Assembly (NCBI GenBank): GCA_036172245.1
Contig: JAYWIR010000045.1
Location: 186,001 to 250,000 of the forward strand
DNA from: Raillietiella orientalis
Lineage: Eukaryota
DNA: 64,000 nucleotides
Reading direction: 5' to 3'
Shown: positions 37,417-49,700 of the stretch, in pieces
Position numbering within the stretch: the stretch's first letter is position 1
Layout: the number at the start of each line of letters is the position of its first letter
Program-made: the position numbers and the translations under genes
The notes under the pieces: generated by a model
What the model saw: only the letters and a program-made list of their open reading frames with translations
What the model was told of the DNA's origin: nothing
Databases searched by the model: none

Positions 37417-38515
37417 GCCCGCTCTGGAGGCCGTGCTGCTGCGATCCCCGCCCCTGGCAAGGAGCGTCGCGGGTTCGAACCCCAGCAGGAGAAGGATCGA
37501 TGCCGGGACCTGGGGGTGCGCCTTGGGTTTCGAGTTCCTTCCTCAACATATGACGCTAGTTGTCCTGTAGGCTTCGAATGCGGCACTGGTTTTTCATCCG
37601 GGTTCGCCGGGGCGTTTATGCAACATAAAAGAGACATTTACAATTTTTGTTGTTAGAGCATTGGTCCAACCACGTCCTTTCTGTAGATACCCTGCCGTGA
37701 GACCGGTGAGGTCCACCACGGCAGCAGAGGACAGGGGCCGAACAAACAAGCAAAAGAAAAAGAAACCTATTTGTGGGGGCTACGGGAAGGGATCACAGCC
37801 TGCTGGGGGCGGTCCTCTGCATCCTTTGGAGGATACCGGCAAGGTCTTGTTTCATGGAGATGTGCAGACGGCGCCATCTGATCACTATCCGCAGAAAGCG
37901 AAGTGGGTGGCGTCCCTGTCGCTGGCTCCTCGCTTGAATTCCCTTCACGCCGCCACGATCCCATAGAGGCAGCACAATGTTGCAAGTGCTGAGGCTGGCT
38001 GCAGGGCGTCCTGCACAAAGAGGAGCCGCATCACGTCTGGAGTTTCAAGGGTCGCGGCAAAGCGTCCCCAAAGGGGCTGGAGGGCAATACAGTCCACTAG
38101 GAGGTGCGGCATGGATTCCCGCTTCCTGCAACTTGCACAGTCTGGGTCCATACACACCGTGTCCAGTGATGCCGGCGGAGTGTGGCACAGGTGGAAGCCG
38201 GAAACCGGATGCCCCCGTTGAGTGACCAGTATGAAAGTTAACCCCTGGGGTCCTTCCAGGATTCAAGGTGCGGTTCTCTCCGAGGTTCCCCATCGGTTGT
38301 GAAAATGGGGCCGTTCCCCCCCTTTGAGGAGGACCTTCATCTCGTACCATGGAGCTCGTGGATTGATACCTCTCCAGAGTATCAAGAAGTGCGTTGCTTC
38401 CTTCGGGGAGCGTCCTTCAGAGAAATTCGGAAGCGTCCCTTCTGGGTTTTCTTCAGAGGAGTGACAAGGGGCGGTTCTCCTGAGGGTTCCCTTCAGGAGA
38501 AAAAAAAAACAAAAA
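37417..38515 (+). mobile_element. SINE-like copy S4, split (37417-37589 and 38178-38515) by a LINE insertion
   Basis: Head gcgggttcgaacccc; the body resumes at 38192 in register with S2; A-run at 38500-38515. Confidence 0.8.
37590..38177 (-). mobile_element. LINE 3' fragment inserted in S4, diverged 14-bp TSD
   Basis: CASCRKRESMPHLLVDC..LLFVQDALQPA; terminus cataaacgccccggcgaacccggatgaaaa. gaatgcggcactgg (37576-37589) vs gagtgtggcacagg (38178-38191). Confidence 0.85.
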
Positions 38516-38643
38516 TTCTTCTGCAGAGAAGGACCACCGACTCTAGGGTCAGACCGCGTAGAAGATCTGGAGCGGGAGGAAAGGGGGCAAGAAAAAAATA
38601 AAAAATAAAAAGTGGAGGAAGAAGGGAGAGGAGGATTTCAACG

Positions 38644-39942
38644 GACATGCTGAAGGAGACAGGTGTCCATCACTGTGAAAGGCCCCCAGGCCCCCACGTA
38701 TCTTGCAAAAGATGCAAGAAAATGCACGAGAAGGAACCCTACAAACCACACGTGAAGGGAGCGCTCCGTGCGGAAGTGGGGAGAACTGTTCATGAGCAAC
38801 GAGATAACATGACCGTGTGGTCAGCGGTGGAGTGCCAACTGATAATGTCATAGAATTTTCGATGGATTGCGGGTGAGTTGCAGGTGTCTGGAAACCATGG
38901 AAGTCACCTTTTTCTCTAAAGTCGCTCATCGACCGTAAAGGAGGGCCGTTCCCTTGAGTTCACGAGTTGCTGAGGAGATGCAGGCGGTCTCCTCAGCAAC
39001 TTGCGTACACAAGCGGGAGCACCTTGCTCATTCCGATGACTGCTACCCCGTCTATGCGCATAAAAGCGGGTTACAGTGCGAGTCAGGCCTTTGAAGACGG
39101 CGCAGATGCACCCAACTTCGATATCGTGGCGCCACACGAAATTCCACGGCTCACGAAGAATCTCCTCAGCAGGTCTCTCGACAGTGTCCTCCAGATCTGG
39201 TTCAGAGCTGCTGCCACTATGCCTCGCCAGAGTTCAACGAGGGGGCACCGCAGTCCGTCAGCAGGTGCGAGGACAATTCGATCGTCCTTCAGTCCGGGGA
39301 GGCACCTTCCCGGATGCGAGACGTCGGCCCTCGTTGCACTGTGAGGGTTCAGCGAAGGAAAAGAACGTCGATGACCTTCCATCCAAGGAGGGTGCACCGT
39401 AGAATCCGCGAACAGAGGAAGAAATGCAAGTCCTTTCATGAGTACACTTAAGAGTTCTGTCCTCCGAAGCAGTCCCTTGACCAGAGAACGTGACGTGGTG
39501 GGGTCCTGCAGCCCTGTTCCACACATCTGAGAGTCTGGCGAACTCTTGCAGTCTTTTGTTTATCATCATAACAAGACTTTGCGGAAATGGTTTCAGGTGA
39601 ATGGTACACGAATGTCGGGAGGTGGATTTTTGTGGTTTCCGTGGTTCCCAGAGTCTCGTAACTCATTCCACAGTCCGGCAAGGGGGTGAGGTGACTATAT
39701 TTTTTTAAACAAAAAAACAAATCGAAAATTCCATGAGATTATCAGCTGGCACTTCACCCACCACACGGTCATGATATCTTGGTGCTCCTGCGCAGTTCTT
39801 CCCACTTCCGCAAGGAGCGCTCCCTTCACGCGTGGTTTGTAGGGTTCCTCGCCACTCGTGCATTTTTTTGCATCTTTTGCAAGATACGGGAGGACCTGGG
39901 GCCCTTTCACAGTGATGGGCACCCGTCTCCTTCTTCAGCATG
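38644..39942. repeat. Diverged 220-bp inverted pair (38644-38865 +, 39718-39942 -), probably 3' ends of another LINE family
   Basis: ORFs 38647..38853+ and 39705..39959-/39695..39922- share ETG.HHCER.PGP.VSCKRCKKMHE and YKP.VKGAL.AEVGRT. Confidence 0.7.
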
Positions 39943-41483
39943 TTTGCTAGGATTCCCACGGCAGCTCCTTCTCTTCAGGATGTTCGCCCTTCTCGCAATG
40001 CACGTTATCAAAAAGACGATGGTGGTTCTTACAATGTGGTTGAACAGGAGAACGGTTCCTTCCCCTTGGAGCGACCCGCCCAAGAAATTCGATGTGGTTT
40101 TCACCTGCAGGCTTGTCACGTGGCCAGCAGGAGACGGGAGGCGACCGCGTCGACTTGTAGGGCTTCCCCTCCCCCACCCGCGCGGCTCACTGGTGCCGCC
40201 GCGCGTCCCTTCCGTGGAAGAACACTAACGAGTCGTCCTGAACACCTGCGGGAAAGTCGCTCCCTCACCCGGAGAGCCGTCCGGTGTCTCTCTTGCCCGC
40301 TCCAAGTGCCCTCTGCCTGCGGAGACAGGTGACACGAGCACCTCCTTCCTATCCGCACGTCGTGGAATGCAGTCCTTCGCGATAGATTCACCTCAGGTTC
40401 CGAGGTCGCCTCGAGCGTTCTCTCGCCGGCCGACGGACAGCTCCGGCCACTGTCTCGGGGGCGGGTAGCAGCTTGGCGTTCCGGGGGGCACCCGTCGGCC
40501 GTCAGGCCCGTCGCCTTCATCTCTCTTTCGAGCGCGCTCTTCCTGGTGCTTTGGTCTGACACGGCGGGTACAGCGGAGGTCGGCCGAGATCTTCGGGAGC
40601 CATTCCGGGTTGCCCGGCGAAGAGCGTTCCTCTGCTCTTCCTGTGCGCAGGCGTTCGCTGTGCTTCTCGCAGCGGAGGCGTCGGCGTGAGCGGCCGCGCT
40701 GCTCTTGAAGGAAGGCAGCACACCCGTTTGCCACTCCTCAGCCCTCCTCCTCATCATCATCCCTGGTTTGCCCCGGAGCTGTAGGACCGTCTCGGAGCGG
40801 AAAGGATGGGATTGTCCATCTCGGGATGCTCGTGGCATCTCGCCGCAGCAGACGCGTGGAGCGCTGGCGCGTTTCGAAGTCTCGCTGGACTGCTGTACTC
40901 GTCGGGTGCCTTGGGGCGCCGGGACACTACGCGCCACGGGCAGGGAACCGCGCGACTGCGCCACGTCCAGTGCGACGGCGTCGAGGACGAGGCCGGGAGA
41001 AGGGGGCCTTCGACGCTGGGGGCTTGGAGAAGCTTGCGCATAACAGTGCAGGGCAAGGCGTTGCGAGCGCGGAGACAACGCTGAAGCGTCCCGGCGAGAC
41101 AAACGGAAGGGGCCCGCGGATGGAGCGTCTCCTGCGGGCTGCAGGGGGCTGGCACGGCCGGCCGGCCGTCGGGCCGTGGACGGCGCAGGTCCCTTCGTTT
41201 CCCCGAGGTGTCGCCTCCCTGCTGGTTCGTCGGGAAGTACCGCTGAGTCGCCTCGCCTGCTCGGGCCGATACCACGCGTGGTACACGAGCGAGCGAGCGC
41301 GCTGCCTCCGCGCCGGCCGCGACATCCCGTCCGCAAGTCGGGGATGCGAGAGTGGCCTGCGTGGCTGGTGGAGGCCGAGGGTGTCGCCTGACGAGAGTGC
41401 GCATCGCACGCAGTGCCGCAAGGTGCGTGCACGATGCCAGTGTTGACCTCGTACTGCTGCTGGAGGTCGGTACGTGAAGGCAG

Positions 41484-41597
41484 TTTGTGTGTCGGCGCTT
41501 ACACATTGGTAAGAAGAGCATTCGTCATGGCTGTTCCTGCGTTGCTTTGGTGACGGGGGCGTCGGCGACGGGCAGGCGTTGTTGGGCTGCAGACGCG
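41484..41597 (+). repeat. Third copy of a 110-bp module also at about 42472-42584 (+) and 3594-3706 (-)
   Basis: gtcggcgcttacacat(t/c)ggtaag(a/g)agagcattcgtcatggctgttcctgcgttgctttggtgacggggg(c/a)gtcggcgacgggc is shared. Confidence 0.9.
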
Positions 41598-41723
41598 CTT
41601 CGGGTGGGTGGAACCCCTGCTCAAGAGGGACGGGCCGGTCTGCTCTTTGCGCGTGCACGCTGACGATGCCAGTGCAGCCGCCTCTGCCGCAGTTGCCGGA
41701 CGGCGCTTAGAGGTTGCGGGTCG

Positions 41724-43228
41724 GCCGCGCCTACGTCGGCGGCTCTCAACCCGCGCGCTTGTTTCCGCCGGTGAAGGGGAGGCTGCTGCTGCGTGGGCGG
41801 AATGATGGAGAGGTCGGATGCAGTGGAGGATGGCTCCCGTCTTCCTGCCTGGATCCTGGATTCCCGCCGAGGGTGATCGTGCGAGCGGACGTATGGCTCC
41901 TGAAGGAGTTGGCGCCGCGCGGAGATTGCGAGGAAGGGGGGGGTGCGGCACCTTGGGGGCAAGGGGAGGGCTGGTCGCTCGCGCTCCGCTGGGGTCCCGT
42001 TTTCCGGCTCGCCTTGCGAACGTCCAGGAATTTCGTTGCGACGCGGATGACCTCGGTGACCCCGCGAGAGGTCGGCGCTCTGCGGGTCTGCTGAAGGGGA
42101 TCCTGGGGGAAGAAGGAGGAATGTGTTCCGAGTCGAGGGAGGGCGACGGAGCTGCCTCCGAGCGAAGGGAGAGTGCAACACGCTGCTCGAGATGCGAAGG
42201 GTGTCGGCAGATGGCAGGGGGCTAGCCGCCGCGCCTGCCGTGCCCGCGGACCGCCTGACTCCCGGAGTCGGTGCGGGCGGGTGGGGACGGAACCAGGCGG
42301 GGAAGAGGGGGGCGGGCGATAGGCGCGCCGGTGGTGACGGGAAAGAGAAACTTTCGCGCGACGGGGGAGGAGTCCTGGGGAATCCGGTGGAAGAGCGTGC
42401 TGCTTCCCACGTTCAAGGAGGCGTCGGCTGCGGACGTCCGCCGGCCCGTCGAGGGGACGGTGGGGAAGGGTGCGCGCGTCGGCGCTTACACATCGGTAAG
42501 GAGAGCATTCGTCATGGCTGTTCCTGCGTTGCTTTGGTGACGGGGGAGTCGGCGACGGGCGGGCGTTTTTGGTCTGCAGACACGCGCCGGGAGTCGAGGC
42601 AGCCGGAAAGCGTGGAGCGGAAGACGGAGGCTGTGGTGGAGGATGGAAGGAAGAAGGGTTTGGATGGGAAGGAGGAGGAGAAGTTTGGCTGGGAGCGAAG
42701 GAATTGCGGGGGACTGTTCTGGAGGCTCTGGGCGGACGGGAATGCCTGTTGGCGGAAGGAACGCTCACGGTTTCGGTGCGAGACGCGGCTATGCTAAAGT
42801 GGAACGATGGGAAGGTGCGAGCGGAATCTTCCCGAGGGCGTTAGTTGTCCGCGGTGGGACGGGGAGTGGTAGCGCGGCGAGAGGGTGGAGCGGGCGCGTT
42901 GCGATGGCGGAGGCGCGAATACGGGCGTGACGTCCGGAAGGTTTTCAAGGGTGCGTTGGTCACCTTTGCGGCGGGACTCGCGGGTTCGGTGGGCGGGAGC
43001 AGGGATGGGGAGCATGGAATGTGCTGAGCGCCCGTCGTCATTCGAGGGGGATGCCATAGGTTGGTGGGCTGCCCCGTGTGGGTGGGTAGCGGTTGTATGA
43101 GGGACGACATGGGTGGCTGCTGGCAGTGTGTTGGAAGGGCGTTCGCCCTAGCAGCACACCGAAGATGGTTCCTATAGATGCCGAAAGTAAGCGCGAGGAG
43201 TGGGAGCGTAGCGGAGCGCATTCCAGAT
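41724..43228 (-). repeat. Right arm of the 1.45-kb inverted repeat
   Basis: Reverse complement of about 2950-4456. Confidence 0.95.
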
Positions 43229-45371
43229 GATTGCTTGCATTGGCTTGAAGGGTCCTGTAGGAACGTTTTCGACTTAGTACGGCATGTCCGGGAGGTCGGA
43301 TTTCTTTTGACCCGACGCAACAGTTTCGTGGTACTGACTCGCGAGCGAAGAGTTTTAATTGTTCGAATGGTCTTAAGCGGCTGCAGTTTCGACGTCTTCT
43401 GAAGCTTTTCGGAACTGCGTGGTGCCGATTGCAAATTTTCTGTTTGTCCTCAGGGCTGATCGCGTATTTGCAGCAACGGGCTGGGGTTATTAGTCAGTTG
43501 CAGAGTATAGTCGGTTGCAGTTTGCTTTCAAAGCACCTGCGTTTCGGAGGTGCGCACGAAACGTTGTGCGTGGGTTCCCGAGGCGGTGTCTTGCGTGTTG
43601 GCTTTTTGCGTCGCCCGCCGAAGAGAACCGCAATGCATTTTGGACTCGCTGGTTTTCGTGCAGGTGCCGGTGGTGCCTTAGTGTGACGTTGACGACTGTC
43701 GCTACCACGTGCAAGTCGAGGGCCTGAGACCTCGGTTTGTTTCGCGCGAAGTGTTCCCACTGCACAAGAAAAAACACGACCAACAGCTGTCGTGAGTGTT
43801 TCTGCCTTTTTTCCCATCTCATCCCAGTTTCGTGGCGTGCCTGTTTTGCCGCTGATCCTCAATCCCTCGAACCTGGCCTCCGATGCTGTTAGAGTTCACA
43901 GGTGGATACTTTGGGCGCGGAGGCAGCAGTTGCGTTCAACACTTTGGATTTCAAACTTCTGCACTGGGATCGATGAGGGCTGCCGAGAAACTCCGCCGAG
44001 CGATTTCAGGAGAATTGATTCCAGCAGGCGATCTCTCTGCCGAGCAGGCGCGAGCAATCTTGTTCTCGTGACTTGTTAGTTGGCCGGAACTTTGTATGGA
44101 TTGGTATCGTTTCCATCGGAGGGAGGATTTTTCAAAGGAGGTCCTGCCTTTTCCTCTTTTTTCGCGCCTTCCTGCGAAAATCGGTGTCAGTTTGCGCGGA
44201 GGGAACCCGCCAGGTCTGGGTTCTCAGGTGTTCCGTTCTGTTTGTCGATCCCGAGCGGAAACGAACAGAGAGTGATCACAGAGTGAATAATTCGCGGCTT
44301 ACATGTCTGCAGGCCAGCCCGGGAAGGAAGCGACCTGGAGCACGGGGGACGCCCTCCTCTCCGCGAAGAGATGCTCTCTTGTCAGGACGCTTTTGTCAAA
44401 AGTGCGTTAAGCGGTTGTTTGAGGAGTGCCAACCGTTTATCCGTTCCAAGGGGAAACGGATAAACTTCCCAACAGGAAAACGATGTTGAAAATGGGAGGG
44501 CGTATGAGAAGAAAGAAGGCCGTCCTGTAGCACACAAAAATTTCCGATTGGTGATCGAGTGTTGGTTCCCAGATGCACCCATCACGGAATCGGAGGAGAT
44601 TCGAGTCTGCAAACAGTCCTCACAAAAAAAAAAAAGAAAAAGTAAACCAACTTTTCTTGTTTTCAACGTTTTTATTTTTGTTTGTCAATTCTCTTTTGAG
44701 TCTTCCCCATTTCATTCCCCATAGTTACAGGATTGGTTCTTCTCATCCTTTAGAATTCCTTTAGAATTTTAGGATTTTTTTTTTTTTTTTTTTGGCTGGA
44801 ACCACCTCCTTACCTTCGGAATTCCAGAGCCGTTCAGAAACCTCACTGGGTTGAGGTGGCTCGCAAATCTGTTGGCGGCAGCGTGTTTTAAGGACGATCT
44901 CACACCTTCAAGTGTTTTTGATCTCTTGGAATCAAGGAAGAAAGTTCCTTTTCAAAGAGCTTGTGCTAAAATATCCCTGCGTCCTTAGGTCGAATGCATT
45001 TGGGATATTCATACGCTCCCGCATTCTAGGGTAGGAAGTATGGATGTCCCAGCTCGGCCATGCTGGCGCGCACAACGCGGTTGACAAGGCCCTACTTTTC
45101 TGCCTGCCTTCCGGGGGCACTACAGAAGCGGAGAGACACACGTGAACTCGTGTGTCAGGCGATGACTATGGGCATGACGGATTGCATGATGCTTTTCGGG
45201 TCATTGTCTGTTCTGAAAGATCATCGTGACACGCGTTTCGCATCATGCTCCCATGACGATGTTTGTTTGCAGCGTTACCAAAGGGTGCAGAGAAGGAAGG
45301 GAAAATGCAAAACGGAAACACCCTATAAACCGGAAGTTTTTTCTTTTAGTTCAAAGTGAATTCAAAAATCC

Positions 45372-45545
45372 AATGGGCCATCTGAATTCATTCCAATGGA
45401 AGCTTCTGGAAGAAAGAGTCCTCCACAAGATTCAGCAGCTGCTCCGTTCTTCTGTTTCAGAGCTCCTGAAGAATGGGAGCGCCACTTGTGAAGCACTATC
45501 TCGTCCAGAAGCTTCCATTCGAATGAATTCAGAACGTTTCCCATT
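45372..45545. repeat. 175-bp imperfect foldback
   Basis: tctgaattcattc-c-aatggaagcttctgga (45381-45410) pairs with tccagaagcttccatt-c-gaatgaattcaga (45504-45533), and looser pairing continues inward. Confidence 0.9.
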
Positions 45546-46762
45546 CGTAAAGTGTTTGTTTCAATGCCATCAAGTCTTCTTCTCTGCGGATCAGCGGACA
45601 CTCGAACCAAGAAATATGAAGAATGATAAGGAGAGGTCTGAACGACTTTCTAGTCAGGAGATCGGAATTGGGTTGTGCAATTCGAGCGATCTCCACAAAC
45701 CAAGCCCCACTTCCTGTTTGCCTGCTTGCATTTTCCGGCCTTCCCAGTCGAATCCACTCTGGGCTTTCATTTGCTGTTGGATTGCGAGGCAGTTGGCCAA
45801 TATAGATTGATTTTGGCAGCGCACCACCAACCACTTGGGATCTGCGTGGAGAGGTGTGCCGGGGACGATCATGACTTTCGAAGATCGGAGAAGGGACTCA
45901 GCCCGTGTGTCTACAGTCTGGCAGTCGCACTGGAACCACAAGCATCAGGGGCCAAGTCGAGAAGAGCAAGTCTCAGCCAAGAGAGTCCTCAGTTAGCAAG
46001 AACCGTCTGCTGGTCCGTTGGATACAAAACAGCGTGCCAACAATAATGCTGGACCAATATTGTCTCACCAACGATACGTGGGTACAAGTAACTAATAAAC
46101 TGAGACATGGAAGATGCAAATGATAAAAATCTCCCCAAGTTTAGAAGTTCTTTCTTGCTTTAATCGCAACAGGTCTTTTGTTGAAAATAAACTGGTAGTT
46201 CCAGAAATGAAACTCCATTACAATCTTATTTTGTCCAACAAGGGCTTCCACCTGTTGCATCACAAGCTAGTGTTAGGCATTGCCAGAACTAAATCTTTTC
46301 TGGGTAGTACCTCGGATCGCATCATCGCCACGGTCACGGGATGCTGCTCCAAGATGTCACTTGCGCTCACGAAACAAAGGGCAAAAGGAAAGAGCACCGT
46401 TTTCCTGCACTCGCCTTGTGCCCGCACTAAAGAGGCGATCGAAAGGAAGGTGGAAAGGAAGGCCACCTCATCATCCTTTTTGGCTATCAAGGCTGGTAGT
46501 GCAAGAATCTTACCATGAATCCTCATCATGTTCGTAGAAGCAAACCAAGCATGTGGAAACACGTGACTTGTTTCGCTATGATCTTTCCTCTGAAATTCCT
46601 TTTTTTGTAAACGGTCACCCACACAAGGTGCAAAGTTGTGTTCCAGGAGATAGACGTGTATCTTTGAGCGTCCTCATTCTGCATTGATGTTCTTTCTCGA
46701 GATTTTTTTGTGCCAAATTTGACATCACACAATTCTTCTTGTGGGGAATCGCCTCGCTTGCT

Positions 46763-46790
46763 TTTTTTTTTTTTTGTGTGTGTGTGTGTG
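46763..46790. repeat. Poly(T) plus (TG)n microsatellite
   Basis: T-run followed by gtgtgtgtgtgtgtg. Confidence 0.9.
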
Positions 46791-49700
46791 CACATGCGGT
46801 TAGTCTTGCATGACCTAGGCTGTAGGTTTCCATCATCGAAAATTTTCCTGCATCTCCATCTTCTCGTAGCGGCAACCGTCTTTCTCGACTTCATTCGAGT
46901 TTTCCTGGAACCGTGATTTCGTGCAGATCCAAGTATTCTTCCCCTGAATTTGTTTCACGGTACGCATCACGCGGTTCTCTTGATAGGAGAGTTTTCGAAG
47001 AAATTTTCGATCTTTCGGGAAGAACTCTAGAATGTAGCATCCGTTTTCCAAGGAGAAGGTTTTTTATCAGGAGCACGAGACCCTTCTCGTGGATCACATA
47101 CGAATTTTCCCTCGTGAAGAACACATAACGCTTGGAAGCAACGCTGAGCGAGAATCTCATACGGGAGCGGAGAGCTTATCAGCTCATTTACCTGAATCTG
47201 ATGCAAGTTAACTTGAAGCGAAGTCCCGGGATTCTAGGGGGTCTGGATTTCGTTCCAGGCTGAATTTTTTTTTACTTTATGGCATGTGTTTTGAACTTTC
47301 GGGAGGGTCTGGTGAGTTGATGCAGAGTTGATCGCGGATTTCGCGAATGCGCGTTGAAGGTCGCAGAGACGTCGACGTGGAAACCAGAGATCGTCGGTCT
47401 GTGGCGCTTTGGGGAATCTTGTCGGGTCGGTTGCAAATAGCCGTTGGGCGCAGATAAGGCTCAAGGGATATTGGAGGGTAGTGCAAAGGATGAGCGCTGA
47501 ACCGAAAACCCACCCGAAAACGACGCTAACTGCGGCTTTTATGAGAGGAAGCGTTCCCCAAATGGATGCCACGTTTTCCTCATAAGCGGGCAAGACGACC
47601 GACCGCCTCGGTTTCCTGAGTAAAGTTCCTTCGCAAGTTCGCTGGAGTTGTTTGCTTTTCTGACGAATGTAGTCAAAGGAAGAAGAGTTTCCTGCATTCC
47701 CCCCAGAAATGCATCCTTCCTTTTGTTTTTCCGATGCCGACGTTCATAGAAACCGATGCGTTACTCCGTGCAGCTGTTGCTCGGGAAAAAGATAAGCGCC
47801 GTAGTGCTCTCGTCAACTGTGGTCAGTTAGTATTCCTGCATACGCTGCCAAGGCACGCTGTGGGGCACGTTATTCCCATCGCTGGCCTATCGGTGGGTGT
47901 CGACAGGTTAGAATACGGTCAACAGGCTAAGTTCCAAGCAGGTAGAACACCGTTGGCCTCCAGCCGTTTCTGGAAATTCCATGCTGAGGTTTCCGTGTGC
48001 TGTTCGATCCCTCCTTCATCTCTGTGCTTGGAGGCATCACGCAGATACGTCCACAGGACTCTGAAGGATTCTATCCTCATGCGCATGAAAAAACCGCTTC
48101 TACTGCATTGTTCGTTGGCAACGTGATCACGGGAATCTTTTTCGCCACATATGTGGTTGCAACGATTCGGCCACCTCGGTTCTGTCCGAACTTAATGCAC
48201 CGCTTCTCCGGGGTTAAACTTGCGGGTGATTTCGCAACTTTTGTTTTGTAGATCTACTTTGCCTTCATGTCTGTCGCGCTTCTCTGGACGATGCTGCTTA
48301 AGAATAATTTCGTTTCCGAAGACTTGGATAGCCCGAGAAACTCCAGCGCAAGAATTCTGTGGAAACAGAAGCAGTCCGGTAAGAATTTTCTATTTTCTTT
48401 CCTTTCCCTTCAATAGTGCAGGACTGTTGAACCGTTTGCATCCCCACCGTTCGTCTCCAAGCGCTGCTACGTCTTTTAATTTTTGAATGGATCCAAGGAG
48501 CCGTGCAGCTCTGCGAACAAATGAAGAATGATGCGCAGTCATTCTTCATTTGATACAGAAGAAGAAAAAAAAATGCTTGTAGGTCTGCAGAATCGAAGCG
48601 CTCAGGCATGGGAGGTGATGCTGAAGTTTCTCTGGGAAGAGAACTGTTTGGAGGATGTAGCTTACGTCACTCTTTAAAGAATCCAGAGTTGATTCTTACC
48701 AGACGATGGAAATTGTGTGGCTGCGAGTCTTACGTATACTGTATAGTCTTATGTATCTTGATACTTATTCAGAACCAGCACTGGAGGCTTGTGTGGGGCA
48801 CGTACAAGAGGTGCTAGGCACCTTAGTAGCTAGGCACTTCAAAGGCGTGTTAGGGAATTTGCATCTGTGTGTATTTTTCCCGGATTCCTAACTGCCATGC
48901 CAATGCTCACGGTGTTCAGTAAGAAGTCTGTCATAGGATGGCTTTCCGCTAGCTGGTGATCCGGTGGACATGGGTTTTTGAACCTCAAAGAGCAAGTATG
49001 CGTGTTCATTGCGGTGAGTTTAGATTGGATTTGCCTGAGATGCGAGTGAGTCAAAATCCTTGGTATGATTCTCACGAGCGAGTTCTCACGGTCTTCTTCA
49101 GAGAGCTTTCCTGTGCACTTTGAGGAACGTTTGTGTGCTCGCGAGTTCGGTTCGAAAGTCTCCATTGCTGATGGAGTTCTTTCGTTAATAGAATGGAAAA
49201 TCACGTGACCCAGTTAGCATAGGACGAAAAAACGAGATGCAAGTAGCCTTTTACAAGGGATCTCACTCTTTGCTTGGGGAAAAGAATCGCTTTCCGAAAA
49301 ATTAATTTTTTTTCCATAGAAAAAAAGAAAAAATCCCTACCTTTGCAGCCTTCCTATATACATGTTGTGATACATGTTGTGTGCATCAAAGCTTGTTGAA
49401 CGCTCAAAGTACTGATCTGTAAACAGTGTGCTTTCATCTTGAATCGGTGTGCATCGAATCGGGACGTGCCTCGCTCGCAATCAGTTGAATTTCAAGCACT
49501 TTTCTTGCATGCGGTTTCTTCAGATCACGAGAGAAAGTCTTACAAATCTTCAATAAGCAGAGAGCCCTTGGATTTGATGGCGATTCTCAACAGAAGTCTC
49601 CCGATGGAAACAACGTAAATTTATTTGAGAATCCTTCTGTACTTCAAGTACCAGAGTTCCAGGTCACAACGGACTTTTCCTATTCGAGAGCTCGGGTCCC

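Noticed and set aside
41388..41415. Hammerhead core ctgacga + stem
   Set aside because: It is followed by gcag rather than gaaa, and stems I/III are not evident.
42472..42584. Spliced-leader RNA gene (paired gtaag donor, tttttgg)
   Set aside because: The leader is GC-rich, and the Sm-like site lacks the consensus A and is disrupted in the 41484 copy.
2950..43228. Giant TIR transposon (Polinton/Maverick-like) bounded by the inverted repeats
   Set aside because: No sharp termini, no TSD, and no transposase, integrase or DNA polymerase recognised inside.
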